A stretch of DNA of 49,330 bases from Octopus bimaculoides (taxonomy: Eukaryota). Under the pieces are notes generated by a model. It was not told where the DNA came from. It did no database searches and saw only the letters and a list, made by a program, of their open reading frames with translations. The stretch lies in assembly GCF_001194135.2 (NCBI RefSeq), contig NC_068990.1:6719150-6768479 (forward strand), written 5' to 3'. Made by a program: the position numbers and the translations under genes. Shown one piece after another: positions 1 to 11,949 of the stretch; position 1 is the first letter of the stretch; every line of letters starts with the position of its first letter.

Positions 1-20
1 CATACATGCACATATGCGAT

Positions 21-22
<2 letters not shown>

Positions 23-93
<71 letters not shown>

Positions 94-115
94 GTATGTA
101 TATATATGTGTATGT
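23..115. repeat. (CA)n(TA)n microsatellite
   Basis: Direct inspection. Confidence 0.98.
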
Positions 116-1083
116 ATATGAGAAGTAATTAAGATTCAGTTGTATTAGGTATTTAAGTTGAAGCACCAAGTCAGTCCGGTATTATCCGCACAGATCGAAC
201 TAAGGTGATTAAAATCAAAATAAGTAACAGGGTGCCAAGTAGTAATGCAGTACGACCGTTTCAAGCGGCTTCATTTAACTGAACAAGGCAATCATTACAG
301 CCATTTATATACAGCGCTATCTTCAAAAACTCAAATATGGATTTTCAACAGACAAAATATATTAATATAATTTTTCTTAAATATTTTAACAGAACAAGAG
401 GATGGAAGAATTTCATGTTGCAACTATTGTAGCAAGAATAGCTAAGAGAAGAACAAACTACAATTTTTAGAGTGGCATGGAACACAGTGTGTGTCATAGA
501 GCTGTAATTCATTTCCAACTTATCTATCTCCTTATCATCAACAAAAACGGTCGTGTTGCTCTATTATGACACATGTCTCCGTTGCTAATGTTAATTAGAA
601 CACGTATACATTAAATAACTTGACATGTAACATGCAAAATTATGCAACATGTAGAGGATGTGCTTTCATAACGCCTCACTTCTTCAGGTAATAACATCTT
701 TGAATATTTTTAGGTTACATGCCACCAAATGTTCAGCGACATATGTCAATATAATGAAACGATTAAAAATATGTAGATTACTGAATTCGAAAAATTTAGA
801 AACAGTGGGTACGTATATTTAAGCCAGCAACCAATCTCATCCACTATTTCACACGCAAAACCGATTCATTACATGCAGTCTTCGAGCGGGAAGTGGTCGA
901 AATATTAGTTCCATTCATTAGAAATAAATAAGAGTGAGGCAGTGGTTTTTTTAACATCATATATTAGAAGAATTGACCTTAAAGAAAATATTAGCGAGCC
1001 TATTGTTAAGATGTTACGTCAAGACGATAGCGTTTCAATATCTTAATGTGTGTGAGGATTATTATGGCTGATTGAGTACAAAG

Positions 1084-1297
1084 ACGAGGGGGTACTCAAA
1101 AGCTCCTGCCATTGAGGATATCGCGAAAGTTCTGGTTGGAGGACCAACCTTTCGTTTCTTTTACAAGGCTAACAAAAACTGAAGGATCGCTGCAATAAGT
1201 GAGGCTGGGAGAGGATTATGTTGAATAAAATTATAATTAACTGATTCTCCTGTATTTTCTTTTACTCAAAACCAGGAACTTTTAAGTACCACCTTGA
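1084..1297 (+). mobile_element. Internally deleted non-autonomous mariner (MITE-like, ~214 bp)
   Basis: Left end AGGGGGTACTCAAAAGCTCCTG matches the reverse complement of the right end, AGGTGGTACTTAAAAGTTCCTG. The interior keeps the transposase C-terminus (WLEDQP...KLKDRCNK...GEDYVE*). Confidence 0.75.
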
Positions 1298-1399
1298 TTA
1301 GTAGTAGTAGTTATGTAGCAGTAATAGTAGTTACGTAATAGATGTTATGTAGTAGTAACAATAATAGTTATGTAGTAGTAGAAGTAGTAGTAGTAGTAA

Positions 1400-1438
<39 letters not shown>

Positions 1439-1482
1439 AAGTAGTAGTAGTAGTAGTGGTAGTAGTAGCAGTAGCAGTAGTA
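1298..1482. repeat. (GTA)n trinucleotide microsatellite
   Basis: Direct inspection; source of the poly-V/L/Y/T ORFs. Confidence 0.98.
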
Positions 1483-2899
1483 ATACAAGGCCACGTACGT
1501 GCGCATACATACACACAGGCATGTCTGCAAATGCATACGTAAACACTCATAGAAAAGCTAAATTAGAAATTAAAGTTTTTATATCTATGTTTTAACAAGT
1601 ATTTAAATTCATCTAGATGGGAAAAGAATAATTAATCGGCAATAGGACTAGGAGGAACTAAACAGTCCTGAGTATTAGAAGATAAAAAAAAAACAAGAGC
1701 TAATATTAAACTTAATTCATAATGATATTTATGATTCAGAATATTTTTCAAAAAAATAAATGTACAATATATAANNNNNNNNNNNNNNNNNNNNNNNNNN
1801 NNNNNNNNNNNNNNNNNNNNNNNNNNNNNNNNNNNNNNNNNNNNNNNNNNNNNNNNNNNNNNNNNNNNNNNNNNNNNNNNNNNNNNNNNNNNNNNNNNNN
1901 NNNNNNNNNNNNNNNNNNNNNNNNNNNNNNNNNNNNNNNNNNNNNNNNNNNNNNNNNNNNNNNNNNNNNNNNNNNNNNNNNNNNNNNNNNNNNNNNNNNN
2001 NNNNNNNNNNNNNNNNNNNNNNNNNNNNNNNNNNNNNNNNNNNNNNNNNNNNNNNNNNNNNNNNNNNNNNNNNNNNNNNNNNNNNNNNNNNNNNNNNNNN
2101 NNNNNNNNNNNNNNNNNNNNNNNNNNNNNNNNNNNNNNNNNNNNNNNNNNNNNNNNNNNNNNNNNNNNNNNNNNNNNNNNNNNNNNNNNNNNNNNNNNNN
2201 NNNNNNNNNNNNNNNNNNNNNNNNNNNNNNNNNNNNNNNNNNNNNNNNNNNNNNNNNNNNNNNNNNNNNNNNNNNNNNNNNNNNNNNNNNNNNNNNNNNN
2301 NNNNNNNNNNNNNNNNNNNNNNNNNNNNNNNNNNNNNNNNNNNNNNNNNNNNNNNNNNNNNNNNNNNNNNNNNNNNNNNNNNNNNNNNNNNNNNNNNNNN
2401 NNNNNNNNNNNNNNNNNNNNNNNNNNNNNNNNNNNNNNNNNNNNNNNNNNNNNNNNNNNNNNNNNNNNNNNNNNNNNNNNNNNNNNNNNNNNNNNNNNNN
2501 NNNNNNNNNNNNNNNNNNNNNNNNNNNNNNNNNNNNNNNNNNNNNNNNNNNNNNNNNNNNNNNNNNNNNNNNNNNNNNNNNNNNNNNNNNNNNNNNNNNN
2601 NNNNNNNNNNNNNNNNNNATATATATATGGACGAAGTAAATTTTTACAAGCACAGTAACCTAGATAGAAGTAAATTTAAAAAGTTGCTATATCACAATAA
2701 TTAAAATATAATGTATAATTAAAAGGGAATTAAACATCGAAAATTACTGGCTACCTTATTTTAATGGACCTCACGTCATTGCTTATCTGTCAATTTTGAA
2801 TTGTCTTCTTATGCACTCCAAAAGGCTGATTATTATTTCCGAGTTGGTTGTAGTTGAAAACACGAACATTTTCTGTGTAAGACTGCTTTTATTCATTAT

Positions 2900-3880
2900 C
2901 GTGTTTGTTTTGTTTTTATTATGAAGCTATTTTTGCATGTTGGTTATATTCTAAATCTTGTACTTTATTCATTCTTCGGAAAATCTTTGGCACCACAGAT
3001 CTGCGGTTTTGTACATTAGTTGTCTGCTTTATTTTCTAAGGAAGTTGAATTTTAATTCTTTGTCCTATTAATTCCTCTATTTCTTTATTTTTTCTTTTGA
3101 GGGGTATTCTTGTTTTCAAAAACTACCCCTTGTTTTCGTTATTTTCCTTGTTTTAATTTGACTTTATTTCTTCTGAGATTTTTTTTCTTATTTCATGCGT
3201 CTTTAGTATTTCCTTCAACAGTTTGTTCATTTTCCTCTGCGACCGTTATTTCTTTCCCGTCACACAACGATAGAATCACAACCACTGGTTGCTACATTTT
3301 GGTGACGACATGTTTATACTCGTTGGACACGAAGCTAGTTCTCCTGCCTTCCTCAGACTTTTGGCTGATGGCACTGTGGAAACCGAGATTTTTTGGTGTT
3401 TATGCTGATCCTTTTGGTCTTCATCATTACTTTTGTTTGTCGTATTCTATTTTTGTTTTGTCTTGCATTTTTAGGTCTTCAGGGTGAGATACGACGAGGG
3501 GATTCGTACTACAACAAATGTACTAATAACGCTTTTTATTCCCTTTCATCCAATTCATGTCTTTTGTCTCGGCGTCTTCATCTGGGTACTGTTCCAGTAT
3601 AGTTTTACGACCTTCTGGGGTTAACAAGACTTGTAAATCTATTTCGATGCCCCGTCACTACACGCTCCATCTCGTTAACTCTGTTCTAATCACTCACCTA
3701 TCCTGTGATACGAAAGTGATTAGCTGTGTTTTCGATGTCTTTTATCGTCACTCGTATACTGACCATAAATGTATGGACAGAGGTATGTCTAACAATTTCA
3801 GCCTGTATTTTCTCTTCAGTTATGAAATCGCATCAAATTTGCACCAGAGAAGATTTCTTTCAGGATGTCCTTAAGTGTTT
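2900..3880 (-). pseudogene. Highly degraded Gag/ORF1-like relic
   Basis: A-rich minus strand. RGIEIDLQVLLTPEGRKTILEQYPDEDAE followed by R Y * Y I C C S T N P L V V S H P, which keeps CX2CX4HX4C spacing with three ligand codons mutated, then a charged low-complexity tail. Same layout as 43036-44210. Confidence 0.35.
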
Positions 3881-3881
3881 A

Positions 3882-3945
<64 letters not shown>

Positions 3946-4089
3946 AACAGAGAGAAAGAGGAGAGTGAGTGAGTTTAATCTTTTGTATTGACTTCAGTGC
4001 ACAAATTACTCTTTATCAATTTTTACAGACACTAAAATCTGATCTCAGGGAAATGTTACTCGATCTCACAACCGTAAGATTTATGTTGC

Positions 4090-5165
4090 CCCGTGTAACG
4101 GAGTTTTCGAGTATTTTACAAAAGAAAAGGGAAAATTATACAAACCCGTGGAAATGTGAAAAATAACGTTATATAATTAATATATTATTATAAAGAAACA
4201 CATAAGTAAAACAAGATATAATTCAAAAGTACATAAAAGTCATTTCGGGTAACTTCGTTCTCGGACTTGCTGCCCTCCGTCCGCTTCGACATCTTTTGTG
4301 TGGGAGGAGATAAAATGCACCAATCGTATTCCTTATGCTTTTGCTTCAAACGGGGATAAATTTCTCATGATATTTTCATTACGTGTATTACGTGTACCTC
4401 CTCTACTATTCTCTCTTTACTAACGAATACATCATTTTCATTTTCGTCTCTCAAATGGTTTAGTCGGTCTAGAACGATTGCTTCCGTCACCGAAGTTTTT
4501 GTCATTCTTGCCATCCATATATATTTTATACGACAGTTGGCTAGGTTCATCTCTTGTTTTTGTTTCTTGTTTGTCCAACAGATTTTCACTCCGGACCTCA
4601 TCATCGCTATAAAATAGCTCCAGTTGGCAGGCTTAAAGGGTTGAAGATGAAGCGAATCTTTCATTCCTTCACGGAGTGCAATCGGTCCGTGATCGGAGCT
4701 TCAGTCTCTGGAACCTGTTGCCCTTGGCCACTGTACTTCCGGAACCTGTTGCCCTTGGCCACTGTACTTCCGGAACCTGTTGCCCTTGGCCACTGTACTT
4801 CCGGAACCTGTTGCCCTTGGCAACTGGACTTCCGTTTGCTCGTCACTATCATTGCTGGGTATGATGAGACGAAATGGTCTTCGGTTTTCTCGTCAGATCC
4901 TGAGACAGAAGACAAGGTAGACTCATAGCTAATTCCGGATAGATGGCCTCCGAATCCTGATGTAGTCGCTTGCTCTTGCTCTTTCGGATTAATTTTTCAG
5001 CTTTCTGTGGCTCTCACACAGTTCTTCTTGTTAGTTACAAGTAGCATAACAGCCAGGCTATCTGTCCCGCACACTCAGTCTCAGTTTCAAATCCATATCA
5101 GCCGCTCCTAATCACAGGCCGCCTTCCCACACTCCCACGCTGAACACCCGCCAATACTGCAATGT
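4090..5165. mobile_element. Degraded retroelement-like segment, class unresolved (LINE 5'UTR/ORF1 on minus strand or solo-LTR-like on plus strand)
   Basis: Higher GC than the flanks. Minus-strand ORF 4365-4664 (YIWMARMTKTSVTEAIVLDRL). On plus, TGTAAC at 4094 and GTTACA ending 5039 bound a TATAAAA-containing stretch, but there is no target-site duplication. Confidence 0.25.
4710..4833. repeat. Minisatellite, 4 x 31 bp (GGAACCTGTTGCCCTTGGCCACTGTACTTCC)
   Basis: Three identical units plus a fourth with 2 substitutions; no spacers. Confidence 0.97.
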
Positions 5166-7013
5166 AAAACTTACGACTCCCTCCAGATCTACATAATTTC
5201 TAATATCACTGATTATCTTTCTAGTATTCCTGTACCGCATTCCATCTTGTGTGTATGTAGACTATTTTCAAAATATAAAGATTTCAGAAATATAAGAATT
5301 AATAGTAATCTCTAAGTTTCTGTGTTAGTGTTTCTCTTCTGCTACATTACTACATGTCTCGAATTTTGCAACAAAGATTTGCATCATCCAGTATATTTAA
5401 TTATCATAGCCATTTCAGAAAATACCATAAATTATCAGTTAAGCTAATTAATTATTCTATTCAAAATCAAGTAATTAACGAAGTAACAAAGGAGAAACAA
5501 CTGAAGTATACCTTATTAGAAACCTGCACTAAACTACTTGTATTCTTTAATTTGTCGAATAGCTGCTTGACGCCATCAAATTAAATGTAGACATCATGAT
5601 TTATCGAACGCTTGGAAACAACTGATTTGCCGGTATACATGATCTATCATAGGTTATAAGATAACATTGTAAAATAACTATTGAGTGGAATACTACCAAC
5701 AAATACACCTTCATTTAATTCTTAAATCACGTGTGCACAAACTTTTACACGTGCCTTCTTTTTCGGAAACTTCACGAACCGTCAGGAGGCGATTTTAACA
5801 GATCACGATTTTTACTTCCACGATGTACTCATTGTCGGTTGTCGTGCAAAACCTTCCACATTTGAGAGGGATTTCAATAATGTCATCTTCGATTTGAAAC
5901 TCTGTTAATGTACAAATATTACTTACAGTTCAGTTGATTTTCTTAAGAAGTAGAAATAAGTCCGTAAAAGTTTTTCCCACTTAAAAATAGATTTCACAGA
6001 AGTATTTAGCTTCCAAATCCTTCCGTATGAAATTGCGAAAAATCGCCAATTATTTTTGATAAGTTGACTCTAATAAAAGTAAATTGATAACTACCTGATG
6101 TAGTGCGGTATAGCTATAAGTATATGGAAGATCAAAGCCACCCACACAACACTGTAGTCGGAAACACACTACGTCGACTTGCTGGCGCACTGATCGTTTT
6201 TGTCAGACGTCATATATAGGTTGCTAGATCTGTAGAAATGATCGTGTTCGGAAAGCTTTTGATGAACAGGACTGGTTTATCACGACCGACTTGTGTTAAA
6301 TTGCATAAGTGGTCGATCAGATCGGACCGAGCTACTCAACGCAAACTGATATGCTAATGCCTTTAAATCATCCACGTATCAGATAAATACATTGATTAGA
6401 TGCAGTAAAAGCAGTCTCTCTCCGTATAGCCATATCCGTATCCGGATTTAACTTACTTTTGATAGCATCATAATATCAAAGAAAAAAAAAATGTACTATC
6501 TTTTTGAGTATTTTCACTGCTTTGAAATTTTAAGAAGTGAGAAACGCCAATCTTGATGTTCATGCCTTTCCTATGGCATGTCGTGAATAAAATAAAAAGG
6601 TAATTACTGTGAATTGATAAAAAAAGTACTCCAATTAATCTTCAGCTCAATATCATCCATGAAGCAAAATTATTTATGGATAATATTAAACGAACATCAC
6701 GCATTTTCCCATAGTAAGAAATCAATATGAAGCAGCCGTTATATATCTACCAAACCATCGATATAACTATAACTCCGAAATTAATCTGCCTCTGAAATCT
6801 TTCACATTCAGTCTGTGTCACATTCTTTTGTTATCTCCATCATTCTCTCACTCTTTTATCTCTCCAGTCTTCTCTCACTTCCTCTCTAACAATACATAAA
6901 TGCAGAGGCATAGTTACATATTCAAGTGAAACGACTCATACAATAATGAACTACCAGTTCATAAGTATTGAGTTCAAACCCACAGCATGTTCTTAATGTT
7001 TTCCTACCTTGAT

Positions 7014-7014
7014 C

Positions 7015-7076
<62 letters not shown>
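7014..7076. repeat. (TTTC)n microsatellite
   Basis: Direct inspection. Confidence 0.98.
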
Positions 7077-8336
7077 ACCAGTATTGTTTTCTTAATTTCT
7101 TTCATACTTCTCTTTTTCATTTTCTCTTGCTCCTCCCTCCTTCCCCTCTCTCTTTTCAAAATACATAAATTAAATTCATAAATTATAAGGAAAATTGTAA
7201 ATTGTTTGGGCCCCAACAATGGGCTCCAGATTCGATTCCATTGCTTGTCATTTTCGGTAAGAGCACAGTAGGAACAAAGGCTCTAGCAGGATCTGGTTTC
7301 GAACCCTGTAGCACATTGATTTTGCTCAGAACTGGTTTTTACGTGCAATGAAAATGAATAAGGAGAGAGTTGTTATCGAAAAAGCGTTACTCTACCAACT
7401 TGTGCAATTTGAACGAGCTATATGAATTAATAAATAAAAAGTTAAATCCCGTACTTTTTATTGCTAGTGGCAATTCTTGTATTTGTCCATCTGACACTGG
7501 ATTCAGTTGTGATAATTTTACTTAACAAGATGCTGATAGTATGAGTTCATACATGACTTTAGAAATGTGAAAGTGAATGAATGTATGTGGTGGTGATGGT
7601 GGTGGTGGTGGTAATGGTGGTGGTGGTGGTAATGGTGGCAGTGGGAGATATGTCAATTAGTAGTGTACAATCCAGCTACATAAGAATATTAATACTAATA
7701 ATACTCTTATTGTCCAACATACACAAAAATGCTTCCCCCAAATTAATAGACACAGTCGGCCAATCTGTCAGTTAGCTTCTAACTCAGTCACTGAAGTGTG
7801 GCTTAGTGTAACTGTAAAATGAATACGAGAATGTACAGGTGATTTATTGATAGCATAAACGAAAAACTTACTATTGTTCTGCTGTAATACACAAAAAGAA
7901 GGCATCAAAACTCATGGTGAGAGACAAATACACTGAAATATAATATACATGAGGAAATATAAGAACAATTTAGAAGTTTTGATGGTTTAACGGAGAAACA
8001 ATGAAATGAAAGATAGCGATTGAAATGGCAAGTTGGAATTCTATGTCAGAAATGTTGTCTATTGTAATTGGACGGTAATATAATGATGGACATAATTGTA
8101 TCTAAAGGCGTAGAACAAATGAAAAGTCTAATAAATCGAATTCATTTGATAGGGGGGGGAACGAAAGTCGTAAATAGCAAAGAAAGCAAGAGAATGACAT
8201 TTAGAAAGTATAACAATTCACGTTAATCAACAAAAGTTCTTTAGTAAAAAAAGAAACAAAAAGCAAAAATGGTTGACTTGTTAGAAAGCCGAATACTACG
8301 GCATTCGTCTTGAACGGTATTTTCATATGGACACTT

Positions 8337-8606
8337 GGTGCATAAAAGCACAGGCATATATAGCAGCAGACGAGAATTGTCTGATATGTGCACCAGAACT
8401 GCCAGATCACGTGATTCCAGTGTGCTGCACTTCTTCAGTGGCAGGCGGCTGGTGACCGCATGCTGCCACATCTCGCCGCCACGATATATAGAATATCAGT
8501 GCTTTTAGTCAATGATGTCACAAATAGCCAACAGGCTTATCAAAAGAAGTAATTATTAGCGACAGAAGCACGTTTGTTATGATATATGTCAGTGCTTTTA
8601 TGCACC
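8337..8606. mobile_element. Putative MITE (~270 bp) with terminal inverted repeats
   Basis: GGTGCATAAAAGCAC (8337-8351) is the exact reverse complement of GTGCTTTTATGCACC (8592-8606), extending imperfectly to ~25 bp. Internal GC hairpin at 8438-8469. Confidence 0.5.
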
Positions 8607-10600
8607 GTGCGTTTATACGAGAGGACTTCACAAAGCGAATGCTACAATATTCAATTTCTAACAAGACATCCACGAAAAGGTGTGAATATAAAGATTGACC
8701 TTTGATACTAATACTACTTCTATCACTAAGAATTATTTTTTAATAAGCGTGATGGTGGGACGGTAGCAAGGTATCCTCAACTGGAAACCCAGCCCGATTG
8801 GCCTCCTCCTCAAAAAACACTCAAGGGCCAAATAGCAGTGTTAAAAAAATACTTCAAACATTCCATTCAATGCTCGAATAACTGATAAATCGCATTGCGG
8901 GACATTCCATTCATTTGTTATCAACTGAAATCACAATAATTTCGGCCCCAGCCTTACTCCAGGGAGAGATGCCGAACAGCGTCAATGCTATCAGAAAAAT
9001 GCGTTTTCTTTTGGATCAGGCGACTGTGTGCATTTTTCTCTCCGCTATTCATGCTTTGATCACACCAAACTAAGAATGACTTTGACATTTGCAGTCCCAC
9101 AAACGTTATTTTCTTTTATTTACTTCCAGTTGTGTTTTTGTTTTATCCACGCCTCTGTGATATCTTCGATGAAACATTATGTATTCCCTTTTCCTGTTTC
9201 TGAATCATTACTAATCTATCTTCACTGCACTACTTTCTTTACGCTTCTATGTTGTAGTCTCTTGTTCTCCTCATCAAAACAACAGAGAGTCCCATGGTGC
9301 TTATTATCTTTGGCTTGCTATTGCTACATTGATGTTTTAGATAATCAACACTACCCAAACTACACAACGTTATCACAATGTTTCTTTTCTTTAGAAATAT
9401 ATCCACAATGGGATTTAACATCGAATATAGTTTATGCATAGAGTTTCGTCGCCTATTGTTTCTAAGTTTGTATCATTTCACGTGTCAATAACTGCAGCCG
9501 ATATCTCAAATCTGTTATTAATTAAACAATATACATATCAAAATAATCCCATTAGGAATATTTATTTTCTTGGATGCCTTTCGACTTATAAATGATTACA
9601 GTTTGGAGTGACAGAAGCCCTTTTGGCAATGCGACTTTGGAACTTAAGTATAATTAGCACGATATATATCCTAAGTCATATATTTTCAAGTATATAATAA
9701 TTTAAAGTATTTAGTATTTCAGAAACTTCTACGTATGCATTTCGAAATTATCCCTACTTCAACTACTGGTCTTGGTTTTAAAATATGGACAATTCAAGTC
9801 AAAATCTGAAGTATTCAAGACCTTCAAGTAATATCTGGGATTTTATATCAATCTCCATACAGATATATGAACAGTATGTGGATGCTTCTTTGATATTAAT
9901 GTGGTAAGAAATAATTCCGACAAAATTGTCAGAGATAGAAGTAAATTTCTATCTGTGATTCTTTTAGTTTATGGAGAATGGTGATTCTTTAAATCGTCCC
10001 TCCCGACGTTTTGCGGGAAAATATATACAAATTAGCAAATTATTTTAATGAACGAGAAGCTAATTTTGTGTAGCTGTTTATTATTTATAGTTTGTTAAAG
10101 TTTTCCATACAGCATATTCTTCTTTTGTAGCTCTTTTTAGATATTTTAGCTAAATTGTTATGTAACGAAATTATATAATGATTTAACGAAATTGTACTGA
10201 ACTATGACACATCATTAGGTATATTACTGATCACTAATAACATAATGAGAGGACCCGCTGATCGACATATTCATATCTTAATAGTTATAAAAAGTTTTGA
10301 AAATGTATCTAGAACATAAGTATTGTACGTGCTTCAAATATTGTACTTTTAAAAAATTTCCGACCCCAGTACACACCATAGCGCCTCTTGACATTTGCTC
10401 CGTCACTGCAAACGCTCCACGTTTCTAAGAATGTTGTACCTTGAGGATTAAACCAGTGACGTCAACTGCAATAACCATAAGAAATGTAATTTCTTCCGCG
10501 TAGTTAATTTTACCTTTTTCTGCTATCACCCAGAACACCTCTAACCACCAACGATAGCATGTTTTGTGAAGAAACTAATAGCATCAGTTTAAAACAACTA

Positions 10601-11884
10601 TCAGGTCATCCCATAAGTTTTGTCCGATTTTACCTTTTTTAAAATTGAATGAAATTTAATAGTATTTTAGAATGTCTAATAGAATTTAAAATGATTTTTA
10701 TGCATTTGTGTACATCTAAACTAATTAAATATTATTTTACTGAATAATAGAATTAAAATTTCTTTGATTAAAACCCTTTCTAACATGGAAGTGTCCAAAG
10801 AGCATTTGAGGCACATAATGATTTATGAGTACAAAAAAGGAAACTCTGCAGCCGAAGCGATTCGAAACATGCACTCAGTTTATGGGAAAGAATGCTTGAA
10901 TGAAAGAACTTGCAGAAGATGGTTTGCAAAATTTAGAAGTGGAGATTTCAGCGTTGAAGATGAAGATCAAACAGGACATCCAGTTGAGTTTGATGATAAG
11001 CTCCTTGAGGCATTACTTGAAGAAAATCCTGCATTATCAGTTGAAGAATTGGCAATAAAGCTTAGTTCAAACCATTCAACTGTTCATAGTCATCTTCAAC
11101 AACTTGGAAAGGTTGCTAAACTTGGAAAATGGGTGCCTCATGAATTGTCCGAAGGCAACTGCAAATCCCGAGTTGACATCTACTCTTCTCTCCATTCTCA
11201 CGAACTCATTTCACCTTTTTGGATAGACTTGTGACCGGCAACGAAAAATGGATCTTCATCGTAATGTTAAATGTCGTAAACAGTGGCTTGTTAAAAGGGA
11301 AAAAGCTCAACCACAACCGAGAAGGGAACTTCATAGGAAAAAGTTTCTCTCCATCTGGTGGGATTGCAAAGGAGTAATTCACTTCGAATTGTTACCACCT
11401 CATGCAACAATCAATGCTCAAGTCTAGTGTCAGCAATTAGAGTGTTTGAATCAAGCTTTGAAGAAAAAAAGTCCCGCTTTAGTGAATCGAAAAGAAGTGA
11501 TGTCTCATCGGGACAATGCGTGACCCTACTCTTCAAAGATCACATCACAGAAGATCGAAGAGCTTGGTCGGGAAAAAATTCCTCATCCACCTTATTCTCC
11601 CTGATCTTGCTCCTTCAGATTACCATTTGTTTCGTAGTTTACAAAATCATTTGGAGGACATAACTTTCGCAAACCAGGAGGAGGTCGAAACTGACATTTC
11701 AGAGTTCTTCACTTTGAAACCAAAAGAGTTTTACATTGATGGGATTAAAAAGCTTGTAAATAGATGGAAGGAAGTCATAGATAATCAGGGAAAGTACATT
11801 GATGATTAAATTTCAATTAAATATAACATTTGATAACTCGTTTTCTTTATTCAAAATTCGGACAGAACTTCTGGGATGACCTGA
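10601..11884 (+). mobile_element. Full-length mariner (DD34D) DNA transposon, 1284 bp, inactivated
   Basis: Left TIR TCAGGTCATCCCATAAGTTTTGTCCGA and right TIR (reverse complement) TCAGGTCATCCCAGAAGTTCTGTCCGA differ at 2 positions. TA target duplication at 10599-10600 and 11885-11886. Length is typical of mariner. Confidence 0.97.
10785..11809 (+). pseudogene. Mariner transposase pseudogene (cecropia/Hsmar1-like by motif resemblance)
   Basis: MEVSKEHLRHIMIYEYKKGNSAAEA HTH region, WVPHEL linker, VTGNEKW (first catalytic D changed to N), HRDNA, YSP-DLAPSDYHLF and C-terminal RWKEVIDNQGKYIDD*. At least three frameshifts (~11217, ~11258, ~11600) and in-frame stops TAG (~11425) and TGA (11521). Confidence 0.95.
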
Positions 11885-11949
11885 TACATTTAGCAAGAAT
11901 CAGTCAATCATAAAATTTGGTCTTGTCACAAAATATTGAACACTTTAAA

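Noticed and set aside
248-281. Minus-strand hammerhead-like CAGUUA-AAUGA-AGCCGCUU-GAAAC-G-GUC-GUACUG
   Set aside because: CUGA is lost and stem II has an impossible 1-nt loop; at most an unrecognisable relic.
1331-1550. Poly-L/V/Y/T ORFs
   Set aside because: Translations of a (GTA)n microsatellite.
1722-2653. Long ORFs full of X (also at 13.2-14.0, 15.3-16.1, 20.0-20.5, 22.4-23.5, 24.5-25.3, 39.3-40.0 and 46.0-47.0 kb)
   Set aside because: Artefacts of reading through N gaps and dinucleotide repeats.
4094-5039. Solo LTR bounded by TGTAA...TTACA
   Set aside because: No target-site duplication, PBS or PPT; kept only as an unresolved retroelement-like segment.
7205-7300. tRNA gene (GATTCGATTCC / GGTTTCGAACCC B-box-like motifs)
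   Set aside because: No cloverleaf can be formed; probably a SINE or tRNA-head remnant or chance match.
9723-9827. Possible 105-nt exon (TTTCAG|...TTCAA|GTAATA)
   Set aside because: Only one frame is open, with no recognisable homology, and the phase 2-2 ends do not fit the phase-1 GPCR exon.
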